This document shows, in pieces, positions 1 to 12,045 of a stretch of DNA of 32,000 bases. Under the pieces are notes generated by a model that worked only from the letters and a program-made list of their open reading frames with translations, was not told where the DNA came from and ran no database searches. A program made the position numbers and the translations under genes. The DNA lies in the sequence record LT986467.1, one strand, 5' to 3'. How positions within the stretch are numbered: position 1 is the stretch's first letter; each line of letters opens with the position of its first letter.

Positions 1-3000
1 ATAACTTACAATATCTACTCTTTCGTTATATTACCCTGTTCAAATTTATTAATTATTTTTTAAATATTTTTACATATTTAACAATCTGTTACCAAATTGT
101 TTAGACTATATCATTATCATAATAATATAAATATTATATATATATATATTATAATATAATATAATATAATATATTTATTAGATATTGGGTACTCATGGAT
201 GAATTATTGTTAACTCTACTCATCATCTAGTCGTTGAACGTTCTTATAATTGTATATATATATATTATTATATATATAAAGTTATTATAAGCTTCGCTGC
301 TTATTGTCCATATTACTTTATGGATATTTAAGCAATTCACCCAATTTAATTTAATTAAATTTAATTTAATTAAATAATTATATTTTTCAATATAATGGGA
401 CTAATGGATAATTTATCCCTAGCGTAACTTTTATTCGTTATCAATAACCTTTACAATCAGTGTTATTTGTTCATTATGCCATACTTACGTACTTGTTTCA
501 CTTGTTTGTGTTACAATTATCGCACAGTTATACCATTATATTAATTTAATTCATTCTATATATTTTAGAATATTTTATTGTTTTCCTTACAATTTTACTG
601 TACATATTTTTATCTATTATTAAAATATATTCAATAAATATTAAAATTTATATAAATATATTTAAATTTATAATTAATATATATAATATATATTATTTTT
701 ATTCAATAATTTTATATATTTATTTATGGACTTATTCAGATACTTTTGCTGATAATGACGCCCCATCAAAACTACCAATTAGAGATTGTCTCTTATATAT
801 ATATATATAATATATATATATTATATAATATATTACTTAAGAATTATATCTATTAAGTTATAAAATAAATCCAATATTTTTTTAATATAGATTATAATTA
901 ATATTTTTTTTATTTATATTTATAAGATTAGAATTATCATTAAATTATAATAAGTATCTCATTAATATCTAAACGATTACCTATAAAATAGGATTACTTA
1001 ATATGCTGAATATAATAAACAATAATTCGATCTATCTAATTACAGTAAAGCTGCATAGGGTCTTTCCGTCTTGCTGAAGGTACATAGCATCTTCACTACG
1101 ATTTCAATTTCACTTAGCTTAAAGGGGAGACAGTTGTTGTATCATTACGTCATTCATGCGGGACCTCAATTATAGGCCAAGGAATTTCGCTACATTATAA
1201 CCCTCATAATAAGGCTGCTATTTACCTAAATTTAATAAAATTATCGTTAAATAATTTTATTTATATATTAAGCATGGAGCAGAGTTCACACCTTATACTT
1301 AAACTTATCGTTTCTGCAAAGTGCGGTGTTTTTAGTAAACAGTTGTACAACTTTGTTCTTATTACTCTTTATTGACTAACTTTTGAGCTATTTTTGCCGA
1401 GTTCCTTCCCTTTAATTATCTAATTCACCTTCATATTCTCTACTTACATACCTGAGTCGGTCTACATTACGGTATACATTAATATTTTCCTGATCTTTAT
1501 TAGTTTATATAAATAATATAATTTAATAATAATTTTATAAAAAAAAATTATTAATAATTTATTCTTTATATAATTATATATATATATAATAATAATTTTA
1601 ATATATATATATATATTTTAAGATAATTTTTATTTTAATATAGATTAACCCATCTAAATTATATTTTTATTCTTATAATAAATATTATTAGGGGCCGTAC
1701 TTTTATAGTTAAACCTTATGTTTTAGGTGAAAAGGTTTATACCTTTTTTTCGTTACTCATGTCAGCATTCTCTATTTAATTAATTCATATATTAATTAAT
1801 AATTAATATATATTTTCATTAAATGTTCTATTACCATATTATTATTATTATTTATTATTATAATAATAATATTTAGATATTCAGTACACATATTATTATT
1901 AATATGGTATTTCTATTTTTAGAAATTAAATAATTCTTACTTTTTTTAAGATCCGTATATTATCTATTAACAAATATATTAATATATTTGATTTTTAATA
2001 TTATTTTTTTTTATAAATCAGTGCATTGTTACATGTTCATTAAAAAATGGTTATTGTCAAACCCATTAACTGATTATATTATAATATTTTAATATTTTTT
2101 TCACTTATTATTTATTAGGAACTTTATATCTTAATCTGGGCTGTTTCCCTTTTGATTATTTACCTTATCGCACATAATCTGACTCTTTATTATATATAAT
2201 TAAATATTTCGAGATTTAATATTATTAATAAAACTTTTATAGTTCCCTAATATATATTAATTGCTGTACCATTCTTTATATAATTTATATTATATAATAA
2301 TTATTATTTATAAAGGCTATACTTACATATATTTCATAGAAAACCAGCTATCTGCAAACCAGATTTGTCTTTCACTACTAACCACAATTAATCAGATGAT
2401 ATTGCAACATCAACCTGTTCGATCGTTTACCCATCTTATCATAGTTAGATCGTTTGCTTTCGGGTCAATTAATATTAATTAAATATTTTAATATATTTTT
2501 ATATATATATATATTTTTTTCTATTTTTTTATAACTTTATTGTTTTACTAATATTAATTACTTGCTGACCCATTATACAAAAGGTACATCATTAATATAA
2601 AAATTATATCCATGATTGCTTATAAAATAATCATTTTCATAATTTCCCTTACGGTACTTATTATACTTATTAATAGTATTTAGTCTTAGAATTTGTATCC
2701 TATTTTCTTACATTTTTTTTACATAATACTTATTAGACTATTTATTATTTTCTCTCACCAATACTCATAATATCTCTGTTGATTTCTTATCCTTAAGTTA
2801 CTTAGATGTTTCAGTTCACTTAGTTATTATTATTATTAATAATATAAATATATATATTATTAATATAAGGTTTACCTTTAGGTTTTAAAATTAATATTAT
2901 TAATTTATTAGTAACCTAATTCTATTAATAGTTATTATTAAATTCATAAGAATTTAATAAAATATTTTTACTCCATGATTATCTCTTTAAATCTATATAA

Positions 3001-3033
3001 TAAATATTTCAAATCTATTATTCTACTTTTTAC
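1..3033 (-). rRNA. rnl: Mitochondrial 21S (large-subunit) rRNA: exon 1 (415-3033) plus the first 40 nt of exon 2 (1-40). It is interrupted by a group I intron (41-414). The 3' end lies beyond the window start.
   Basis: The reverse complement from 3033 reads GTAAAAAGTAGAATAATAGATTTGAAATATT, the 21S 5' end as I recall it. Conserved LSU motifs are present, e.g. rc of 1043-1070 = GACGGAAAGACCCTATGCAGCTTTACTG. The omega-site sequence CGCTAGGGAT (rc of 415-424) and AACAGGGTAATATAACGAAAG (rc of 20-40) is split by the intron. Confidence 0.95.
41..414 (-). other. Group I intron (374 nt) at the omega / I-SceI site of 21S rRNA, with no intron ORF
   Basis: The I-SceI target TAGGGATAACAGGGTAAT is split: exon 1 ends ...CTAGGGAT and exon 2 starts AACAGGGTAAT. 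The intron ends in G (position 41) and the upstream exon ends in U. The group I core motif rc TCTAGTCGTTGAAC... is present as ctagtcgttgaacg (228-241), plus cttcgctgc (292-300). Both are shared with the COB intron at 30218-30310. The intron contains no long ORF in any frame. Confidence 0.85.
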
Positions 3034-3042
3034 TACTTATAA
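3034..3042 (-). promoter_or_regulatory. Mitochondrial promoter nonamer driving 21S rRNA
   Basis: The plus strand reads tacttataa, rc TTATAAGTA, matching the consensus WTATAAGTA. It lies directly next to the mature 21S 5' end at 3033. Confidence 0.8.
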
Positions 3043-3823
3043 ATTTATTTAATAAATATATATTAATCATATTATATACTTTTTTATATATTTAATAATT
3101 ATATTAATTAATTATAATTTATTAATCAATATCCTTTATAAATTTATTAATTAATAATATAATATTAATTATACTTTTTATTACCCTTTTTATTATTATT
3201 ATTTATTATTTTTTATAATTATTATAATTATAAAATTATTATAAGTTTTATACCCCTTTTTTATTAATACACTTTATTATTAATAAATATTAATAATTTA
3301 TTTTTTTATAAATTTTTATTATTATTATTATTTATTATATAATAATTATTATTATTATACTTCTTATCTTTATTATTTTATATTTATATAACTATATAAA
3401 AATATTATCCTTTTATATAATTTTTTATAATGAATATTATATATTATTATTTATTGATAATATTATTAAAATATAAAGTATATTCATTATTAATTAATTA
3501 ATTAATTTATTAATTAATTAATAATTATAAAAATACCCTTTATTAATAGTAATTATAATTATAAAAGATATTTTTAATAAAATTTTAATTAATATATTAA
3601 AATTATTTAATATTTAATAAACTTTTTTATTATTTTATATTTATATCTTATTTTTTTTTATTATTTAAAGAATTTATATATATAATAATAGATATTTATA
3701 TAATTATAAATCATTAATAATATTTATTATTTTTATTATTATAATAATAAGTTATTAATAATAATAATATATTTAATATATATTTATTAAATATTTATAT
3801 ATATTATATATTATTTTGTAAAT

Positions 3824-4120
3824 ATATAAGTAATAAATTAAATTTTATAGGGGGAGGGGGTGGGTGATCAATAACCAAACTATTAAATATATATAGAGCA
3901 TACATAAGATAAATTTAATAATATAATAAATTAAATATATTATAATAATATAATATAATTAATAATATAAATAAAAGTTTAAACGATATAATAAATTATA
4001 TAAAATAAATTATAAATAAGAAATAAAAACTAAATAAATAATATAATAAATAAAAACAAGTAGATATCCGGGTCCCATAATAAATTATTATTAAAAATAA
4101 TAATTGGGACCCCCACCTCA
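3824..4120 (+). other. ori/rep element, intact: promoter, then cluster C, then an AT spacer, then the cluster B/A hairpin
   Basis: ATATAAGTA at 3824-3832. Cluster C GGGGGAGGGGGTGGGTGAT at 3850-3868. ATCCGGGTCCC at about 4066-4076 and GGGACCCCCACCTC at 4106-4119 flank an AT palindrome. No GC insertions interrupt the element. Confidence 0.85.
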
Positions 4121-4413
4121 AATATAAATAATAATTAATAAATATAATTTAAATAATAATTAATAAATATATTATATAAAATATAATATATTATTTATAT
4201 ATATATAATAAATAAAGTATAATATAAAATATATATATATATATAATTTATATATAAAAAAATTATATATAAATAAAAATGATAAAAATTATATAAATAA
4301 TAACATATTAATAATAAAATAAATATTTAACTTTTAAGGAATAATATAATATTTAATTATATTAAAGTATATTAATAATAATAATGAATAATATATTAAA
4401 TTAATAACAAGAA

Positions 4414-4463
4414 GATATCCGGGTCCCATTAATAATTATTATTAAAAATAATAATTGGGACCC
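4414..4463 (+). repeat. Solo ori-type B/A hairpin, with no cluster C and no promoter
   Basis: The sequence is GATATCCGGGTCCCATTAATAATTATTATTAAAAATAATAATTGGGACCC. It closely resembles 4061-4113 of the adjacent ori. The upstream 250 nt contain no GC cluster. Confidence 0.7.
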
Positions 4464-4596
4464 TATCTATATAAATAATTCTAAATAATTAATAATATAT
4501 AAATAATTCTAAATAATTAATAATATATATATTATTAATATATAATATAATAATAAATAATAATAATAATATAAATATATAATGAATATTTATATC

Positions 4597-4627
<31 letters not shown>

Positions 4628-4892
4628 AATTTATAAAAATATAAAATATAATATATCACATATTTTTAATAATATTAAATATATGATTATAATACTTAAA
4701 AATATATTAAATATATTAAAATTATATTAAATATATATATAAATAATTAATAAGATTTAATTTTTATAATATGAATAATTAAATATTATATATTATACTT
4801 CTCCTTTAGAAATATATAATTTTATTAAAGGAAATGTATTGGACTATATATAATAAGTATTTTCCCTTATAATTAAATTTAAATTTAAATTA

Positions 4893-4922
4893 GGACCAAA
4901 CACAACCGGTTGTGTTTGGTCC
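4893..4922. repeat. 30-bp perfect palindromic GC cluster
   Basis: GGACCAAACACAACCGGTTGTGTTTGGTCC is its own reverse complement and is centred on CCGG. Confidence 0.9.
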
Positions 4923-5204
4923 CTAATTTTATTATGGGGATTATATAATTATCCTAGATTATATTATATTATATTAACTTTATAATACACCTTAAAAAAA
5001 AATAATTAATAAATTTCATTAATAAATTATTTAAATTAATTCTTCTTTTCATAAAAATAAATATATAAATAAATAAATAATTGAAACTCTTTTCTTTATA
5101 TTAATATAAATAATATTATATTAAATATATTAATGAATAATATATTATAAATTATTTGATAATAATCCAACTGAGTAAATTATACATCTTATATTTATAT
5201 TTCC

Positions 5205-5249
5205 CACGGGACCAATCCGGTGAACAACCGGATTGGCGCCCGCGGGGTT
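5205..5249. repeat. M-type GC cluster flanked by (TTATAT)n on both sides
   Basis: The cluster is CCCACGGGACCAATCCGGTGAACAACCGGATTGGCGCCCGCGGGG. TTATAT repeats lie at 5190-5204 and 5250-5279. Confidence 0.8.
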
Positions 5250-5394
5250 TATATTTATATTTATATTTATATTTATATAGGTGTGAATCCTCATATTATG
5301 GAATATCCTATGAAGTGAATATCTTTTATTTATATAGATGTGAACCCTGTAATGAATTCTAAATAAAATAAAATAAAATAAAATTAAATTAAAT

Positions 5395-5413
5395 GGGGGA
5401 CCCGATAGGGACC
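5395..5413. repeat. Small GC cluster
   Basis: GGGGGACCCGATAGGGACC in an otherwise AT-only context. Confidence 0.6.
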
Positions 5414-5572
5414 AAATATCTCGTAATAATTAATTTAATATATATTATAATAAAACTTATTTATATATATATATATTTATATATATATATATATTTATAT
5501 ATATATTATATTATATTAATATAATAAATATTACTTCTTATCAAAACTTTTTATTCTTTTTTTAATATTTAA

Positions 5573-5625
5573 CGATGGATTCGGTCCTCCCTCCCTATGA
5601 TGATAGGGGTTCCTCATTCCTATGA
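5573..5625. repeat. GC-rich island of unclassified family
   Basis: CGATGGATTCGGTCCTCCCTCCCTATGATGATAGGGGTTCCTCATTCCTATGAG, with an internal CCCTAT/ATAGGG inverted repeat. Confidence 0.5.
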
Positions 5626-6344
5626 GATTAGAATGTAATAAACTATAAATTAAATTTTATTAAATTAATATAAACATTATTTTAAATATATAAATAACTA
5701 AATTGTATTAATTGTATTTAATTAAATAATAAATAATATTTTTAATAATAATTAATTATTTATATATATATATATTTATTATTAATAATTATTTATATAT
5801 TTATTAATTAGATAAATTATTTATAATAATAATAATTATTAATGGATTTCATATATCCTATAATTTATAATAAGTAATACTTCATTTAATAATATAATTA
5901 TATTATATATAATTCTTATTATTTTTTTTTTTATAATATTTATAAAGAAGTTATTAAAAATTATTAAAATATATTATATATTTATTATAATAATTATTAA
6001 AAGTTATTAATAAATGATTTAATATTGTATTTGATAATGAATTTTATTTATTCTATAAATATATATTTTTTTATAATTATAACTACAATTTAATATAATA
6101 TAATATAATATTATGAATATAATTTTTATTATTATAATAATAAATTTCTTAAATAATTATTAATTAATATTATTAATTTTATTTATGGTAATTTTTATTT
6201 TTATTAAATATAAATATATAAAATATATATATATATTAATAATATTTTATATTATTATCTTTTTTTATTATTAAATATTTAATGATTATTATTATTATTA
6301 TATAATATTAATATTAATATGTTATTATATATAATATAATAGAA

Positions 6345-6397
6345 ATTCCAATTATTATTAAAAATAATAATTATTAATAGGATCCAAATATCTTATT
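6345..6397 (-). repeat. Decayed ori A/B hairpin
   Basis: aattccaattattattaaaaataataattattaataggatccaaatatcttatt aligns with the hairpin at 6761-6815. The GGGTCCC/GGGACCC arms have mutated to AT-richer versions. Confidence 0.5.
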
Positions 6398-6483
6398 ATT
6401 ATCATTTATTATCTTATTAATTTAACATTATTTATTATTTATATTATTTATTATTTATTATTTATAAATATTCCTTATGGTAT

Positions 6484-6560
6484 CAATACCAATACCAATA
6501 CCAATACCAATGCCAATACCAATCCGGTTGTTAACCGGATTGGTATTGGCGCCCGCAGGG
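6484..6560. repeat. M-type GC cluster: a long hairpin preceded by a (CAATAC)7 tandem repeat
   Basis: Seven CAATAC-like units at 6484-6525. GCCAATACCAATCCGGTT (6512-6529) pairs perfectly with AACCGGATTGGTATTGGC (6533-6550), followed by GCCCGCAGGGG. Confidence 0.85.
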
Positions 6561-6755
6561 GTTGATATTTTTATATATTCCTTATTTTCTTATAATTTTA
6601 AAGTATTATAAAATTTAATTTATAACAATTTATTTTATATAATATTTTAATATTTATATATAAATTATATATATTTTATATATTAATTATTTATTATATA
6701 TCTATATATTAATTATTTTTTATTTATATATTAATTATTTATATTTTTATTTTAT

Positions 6756-6815
6756 GGTGGGGTCCCAATTATTATTGAAAATAATAATTATTAATGGGAC
6801 CCGTATTTCTTATTG
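6756..6815 (-). repeat. Solo ori A/B hairpin, with no cluster C within 300 nt
   Basis: GGTGGGGTCCCAATTATTATTGAAAATAATAATTATTAATGGGACCCGTATTTCTTATTG. No cluster C motif is present downstream. Confidence 0.7.
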
Positions 6816-7069
6816 TTTTTATTAAGTTTATTATATATCTTATTTATAATTTTTAATAATCATAATCATAATTTATATTTATTGTTATAAATTATTTATA
6901 TTTTTAATCCTCAAAATTAAATTAAATTAAATTAAATTAAATTAAATATGATACCAATATTAACATTATATGATATATATGAACAATAAAATAATTTATA
7001 TATTTATATATATAAAATTAATAAAAAATATTTATCTTTATTATTATTATTTTTTATTAATAATACCTT

Positions 7070-7141
<72 letters not shown>

Positions 7142-7184
7142 TAATATTTTATATAATATTAATAATTAATTAATTAATTAATTA

Positions 7185-7415
7185 AAACTTTTTATATTAT
7201 TTGATTATATAATATTAATATCAATTATATTTTATATTTAATAGTATTTATAAACATAAATATTATAATAATACTATTTATTAAATTTTATATATATTTA
7301 TTTATATCAATTAATAATAGATAAATAAAACAATAGAATTTTATATTACATATAAACAATTAATAATATTAAATCCGTATTATATTTATATTAATATTAA
7401 TATTACATAAAATTT
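7185..7415 (+). repeat. Dispersed AT-rich repeat, copy 1 (partner at 16412-16695)
   Basis: Shared anchors occur in the same order: aaaactttttatattat, ttgattatat, actatttattaaatttt, aaacaatagaattttatatta, and cgtattatat(t)tatattaatattaatattacataaaatt. Confidence 0.6.
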
Positions 7416-7620
7416 ATATTAATTTTTAAAATTATTATTTTTTTATAATAATTATTTAACCCTTAATTAAGAATTAATGAGAGATTTATTTATTTATTTA
7501 TAATTTTTAATAATAATTAATTAATTAATTATTTATTTATTTAAAGGAATATATTTTTATTATTAATTTAATATATTATTTATTATTATTATTAATATAT
7601 ACTTTAATATAATTAAATAT

Positions 7621-7678
7621 TATATTATATTATATTATATTATATTATATTATATTATATTATATTATCTTACTCATA
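7621..7678. repeat. (TATAT)n pentanucleotide repeat, about 11 units
   Basis: Direct reading of the sequence. Confidence 0.9.
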
Positions 7679-8225
7679 AATAAAATATTATACTATATTT
7701 TTTATATTTTTATTTTTTATTAAGGTATTAATAATTACTATTAATAAAAAAATTTATATTTAATTTAATTTAATTTAATTTAATAAATAGTTTTAATTAA
7801 TTGTAACCTAATATAAATAAATATATTATAATCCTTTATTAATAAATATTTATTAATTTATGATTTATATTTAATTAATAAAAATAGATTAAACTATTTA
7901 TATATATATTCTTATTTTTATTATTTTTATGATATTTATTATTATATTTATATATATAAATATAATATATATATTTTTTATATACTTTTTATCCTTATGA
8001 AATAAATCTAATAAATAATAGAATTATAGAGAAATTTATTAATTAATTAATTATTATCTTTTTTTTATAATTTATAAAATTTATATTATTATTATTATTA
8101 TTATCTTTATATTTATATTATTTAATTTTATTAAAATTTGAGTATTTATTATTATTTTTATTAATTTATATTATAATTATTATATTATTAATAATTATTT
8201 ATATATTTATTTATAATTTATATTT

Positions 8226-8520
8226 GAGGTGGGGGTCCCAATTATTATTTTTAATAATAATTTATTATGGGACCCGGATATCTACTTGTTTTTATTAAGT
8301 TTATTATATATTTTTATTTATTTTTAGGTTTTATATTTATTATTATACAATTTATTATATTATTTATATCTTTAATTATATTATATAATTAATTATTTTA
8401 TAATTATTATATATTGATTATATTATTAAATTTATTTAATGTATGCTCTATATATATTATTCAGTTAAGTTTCTAATCACCCACCCCCTCCCCCTATAAA
8501 ATTTAATTTATTACTTATAT
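8226..8520 (-). other. ori/rep element, intact, inverted relative to the ori at 3824-4120
   Basis: GAGGTGGGGGTCCC at 8226-8239. GGGACCCGGATATC at 8269-8282. Cluster C rc ATCACCCACCCCCTCCCCC at 8476-8494. Promoter rc tacttatat at 8512-8520. Confidence 0.85.
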
Positions 8521-9480
8521 ATTTACAAAAATATTAATCTAACTTAAATAATAATTTAATAAATATACTTTAATACTTTATAATTAAAAATATTTATTAT
8601 TTTATTATAATAATAAATATATATTATAACTTTTTCTTTAATAATTAATAAATTTTTTATAAAAAAAGTATATATATATATATATAAAAAATAAAATATA
8701 TTATTTATAATATTATATAATATAATAATAATATATATATATATATATATTTATATATTAAATTAATAATAATTTTATTATGAAAATTATATTTTTTTTA
8801 TATAATAAGTTTTATATATTAATAATTTTATATAAATAAATAAATAAATAAGGATTAAATAAATTATATAATAATTATAATATCTAATTATAAAAAATAA
8901 AGGTATATATATAAAATATTAATAAAATATTATAAAAAATAATATTATAATCTTTTGTATATTAAATTAATTATATGAAATAATAATAATAATAATTTAC
9001 TAATAATATATTATATATCTTTATAAAAAGAATAATATCGTTTATATATTCTATTATCTTTTTTATATTTATTAATCATAAATAATAAATACTTATTAAA
9101 AATAATAATTTATCTATTAATTATTCATAAATAATAAATAATTATTAAAAATAATTATTTATTTAGAGAATGATATTTATATATTTTATAAAAATAGTAA
9201 TAATAAATTTATATTTTTATTGATCATTATATATATATATAATATAAATTTTAATATAATTTTTAATAATAATTAATATTAGAGGTATATAATAATTATT
9301 ATTTTTATTTTATTTTATTATTAATATATTTAATATAATAATAATTAATATAATTACCATATATTAATATTTATCATATATTAATAAATATATTTTTATA
9401 TAATTTATTATATTATATTATATTTTATTAATTTTTATATTTATTTAATGAATATATATATTTATATAGGTTATTTATTA

Positions 9481-9535
9481 GGTGTTTAAGGAGGGGTCAG
9501 TCATGGTAACCAATCGGAATCCTGATAATATAATT
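9481..9535. repeat. Unclassified GC-containing island
   Basis: GGTGTTTAAGGAGGGGTCAGTCATGGTAACCAATCGGAATCCTGATAA. It does not match the ori, M-type or beta-type clusters seen elsewhere in the window. Confidence 0.4.
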
Positions 9536-10340
9536 ATACAGTTAATGAATAGGAGTGTTATTAAATTATATAATAATAACTTATATTTATAATATAAAAT
9601 TAATATATTTAATTTTATTTTAATTATATTAATAATATAGGATAATAATTATATTAATAATATATAATAATAATTATATTAATAATATATAATATTAATA
9701 AGATATTTTATAATTATTATATTAAAAATTTATTAATAAAAATATTAATTTTTATAAGTATTAAATATTTTATATAAATATTAATTATATAATTCATAAT
9801 AAAAAGTAATATTAAATAATATTATTTAAATTTTATTTATAATTATTTATTTATAAGATTATTTTATTTTTTATTATTATATTTTATAAATCTTTAATAA
9901 TATTTAATAAATAATATTAATAAAAACTTTTAATAAAATGTTTAAATAAATAAATTATATAATATTATTAATTTATATAATAATAATATTATAATATCGT
10001 AATTATAAATTAAGTTTATGATTATAACCATTAAATAAAATATATAAAAAAGTATAAAAATAAAACTTTTATATATTAATATTTTATATATTAATATTTT
10101 TTTTATTAATAGTGTATATAAATAATAAAATAGTATTAATTGTATAATAATATTTAATAAAATTTATATATATTTATTATATATATATATATATTAATAT
10201 TTTATTTATATTTTTATAAAATTATTTATTTATTTATTAAGTATTTTAATTTTATTATTAATTAATAAATATAAAGTATATAACAATTTATTAATTTTAT
10301 TAATATTTTATTTATTTTTTTATAAAGTATAAAAATTATA

Positions 10341-10349
10341 TTATAAGTA
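10341..10349 (+). promoter_or_regulatory. Promoter nonamer for the 15S rRNA precursor
   Basis: TTATAAGTA lies about 76 nt upstream of the mature 15S 5' end. This agrees with the roughly 80-nt 5' leader known for S. cerevisiae 15S. Confidence 0.75.
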
Positions 10350-10424
10350 ATAAATATAAAAAGTTTATATAATAATAAATAATATATATGTATTGTATAT
10401 ATTATATATTATATAATAAGGAAA

Positions 10425-12045
10425 GTAAAAAAAAAATAAGAATATGATGTTGGTTCAGATTAAGCGCTAAATAAGGACATGACACATGCGAATCATACGT
10501 TTATTATTGATAAGATAATAAATATGTGGTGTAAACGTGAGTAATTTTATTAGGAATAAATGAACTATAGAATAAGCTAAATACTTAATAAATAATATAT
10601 AAAAATAAAAAATTTATATAATAATAAAAGGATATATATTTTATATATATTTATCTATAGTCAAGCCAATAATGGTTTAGGTAGTAGGTTTATTAAGAGT
10701 TAAACCTAGCCTACGATCCATAATCGATAATGAAAGTTAGAACGATCACGTTGACTCTGAGATATAGTCAATATCTATAAGATACAGCAGTGAGGAATAT
10801 TGGACAATGATCGAAAGATTGATCCAGTTACTTATTAGGATGATATATAATAATTTTAATAAAATATTATTAAAATAATATATATATATAAATTGATTAA
10901 AAATAAAATCCATAAATAATAAAAATAATGATATTAATTACCATATAAATATATATATGGATATATAATAATTATAATATTAATTTATTATAATAAATTA
11001 TATATTTTAATAGTCCTGACTAATATTTGTGCCAGCAGTCGCGGTAACACAAAGAGGGCGAGCGTTAATCATAATGGTTTAAAGGATCCGTAGAATGAAT
11101 TATATATATAATTTAGAGTTAATAAATTTAATTAAAGAATTATAATAGTAAAGATGAAATAATAATAATAATTATAAGACTAATATATGTGAAAATATTA
11201 ATTAAATATTAACTGACATTGAGGGATTAAAACTAGAGTAGCGAAACGGATTCGATACCCGTGTAGTTCTAGTAGTAAACTATGAATACAATTATTTATA
11301 ATAAATAAATATATAAATAATAAATGAAAATGAAAGTATTCCACCTGAAGAGTACGTTAGCAATAATGAAACTCAAAACAATAGACGGTTACAGACTTAA
11401 GCAGTGGAGCATGTTATTTAATTCGATAATCCACGACTAACCTTACCATATTTTGAATATTATAATAATTATTTATAATTATTATATTACAGGCGTTACA
11501 TTGTTGTCTTTAGTTCGTGCTGCAAAGTTTTAGATTAAGTTCATAAACGAACAAAACTCCATATATATAATCTTAATTATATATAATTTTATATTATTTA
11601 TTAATATAAAGAAAGGAATTAAGACAAATCATAATGATCCTTATAATATGGGTAATAGACGTGCTATAATAAAATGATAATAAAATTATATAAAATATAT
11701 AAATAAAATATATTTAATTAATAATATAAAACATTTTAATTTTTAATATATTTTTATATTATATATTAATATGAATTATAATCTGAAATTCGATTATATG
11801 AAAAAAGAATTGCTAGTAATACGTAAATTAGTATGTTACGGTGAATATTCTAACTGTTTCGCACTAATCACTCATCACGCGTTGAAACATATTATTATCT
11901 TATTATTTATTAATATTTTTTAATTAATTTTTATAATTAATTAATATTTATTTATATCAGAAATAATATGAATTAATGCGAAGTTGAAATACAGTTACCG
12001 TAGGGGAACCTGCGGTGGGCTTATAAATATCTTAAATATTCTTAT
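10425..12045 (+). rRNA. rns: Mitochondrial 15S (small-subunit) rRNA
   Basis: It starts GTAAAAAAAAAAATAAGAATATGATGTTGGTTCAGATTAAGCGC. It contains GTGCCAGCAGTCGCGGTAA at 11029-11047. The 3' end reads CCGTAGGGGAACCTGCGGTGGGCTTATAAATATCTTAAATATTCTTA. Confidence 0.95.

Noticed and set aside
41-414. Search for an I-SceI (omega endonuclease) coding sequence or pseudogene inside the 21S intron
   Set aside because: The intron is only 374 nt. Its non-core portion is simple AT repeat. No frame under table 3 gives more than a few sense codons resembling a LAGLIDADG protein.
2261-2482. 73-aa plus-strand ORF from the ORF track
   Set aside because: It lies antisense inside the 21S rRNA gene. Its sequence is low-complexity and Ile/Tyr/Asn-rich. 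The rRNA identity fully explains this region.
5156-5362. 68-aa plus-strand ORF. The same reasoning applies to 6970-7173, 17229-17414, 18122-18370 and 27806-28009.
   Set aside because: All five run through microsatellites, GC clusters or ori hairpins. Examples are the FIYLFIYL stretch from (ATTT)n and poly-Ile from (ATT)n. None resembles a protein by eye. They look like chance open frames in AT-rich spacer.
9752-9760. Additional promoter-like nonamers not next to a gene 5' end: TTATAAGTA at 9752-9760 (+), ATATAAGTA at 12253-12261 (+, between rns and trnW), and rc TTATAAGTA at 24761-24769 (inside VAR1)
   Set aside because: At this base composition, my rough estimate is that TATAAGTA should occur about ten times by chance over both strands of 32 kb. 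Without a gene 5' end next to them, these three cannot be told apart from chance. The 12253 copy could be a real trnW promoter, but I cannot support that from sequence alone.
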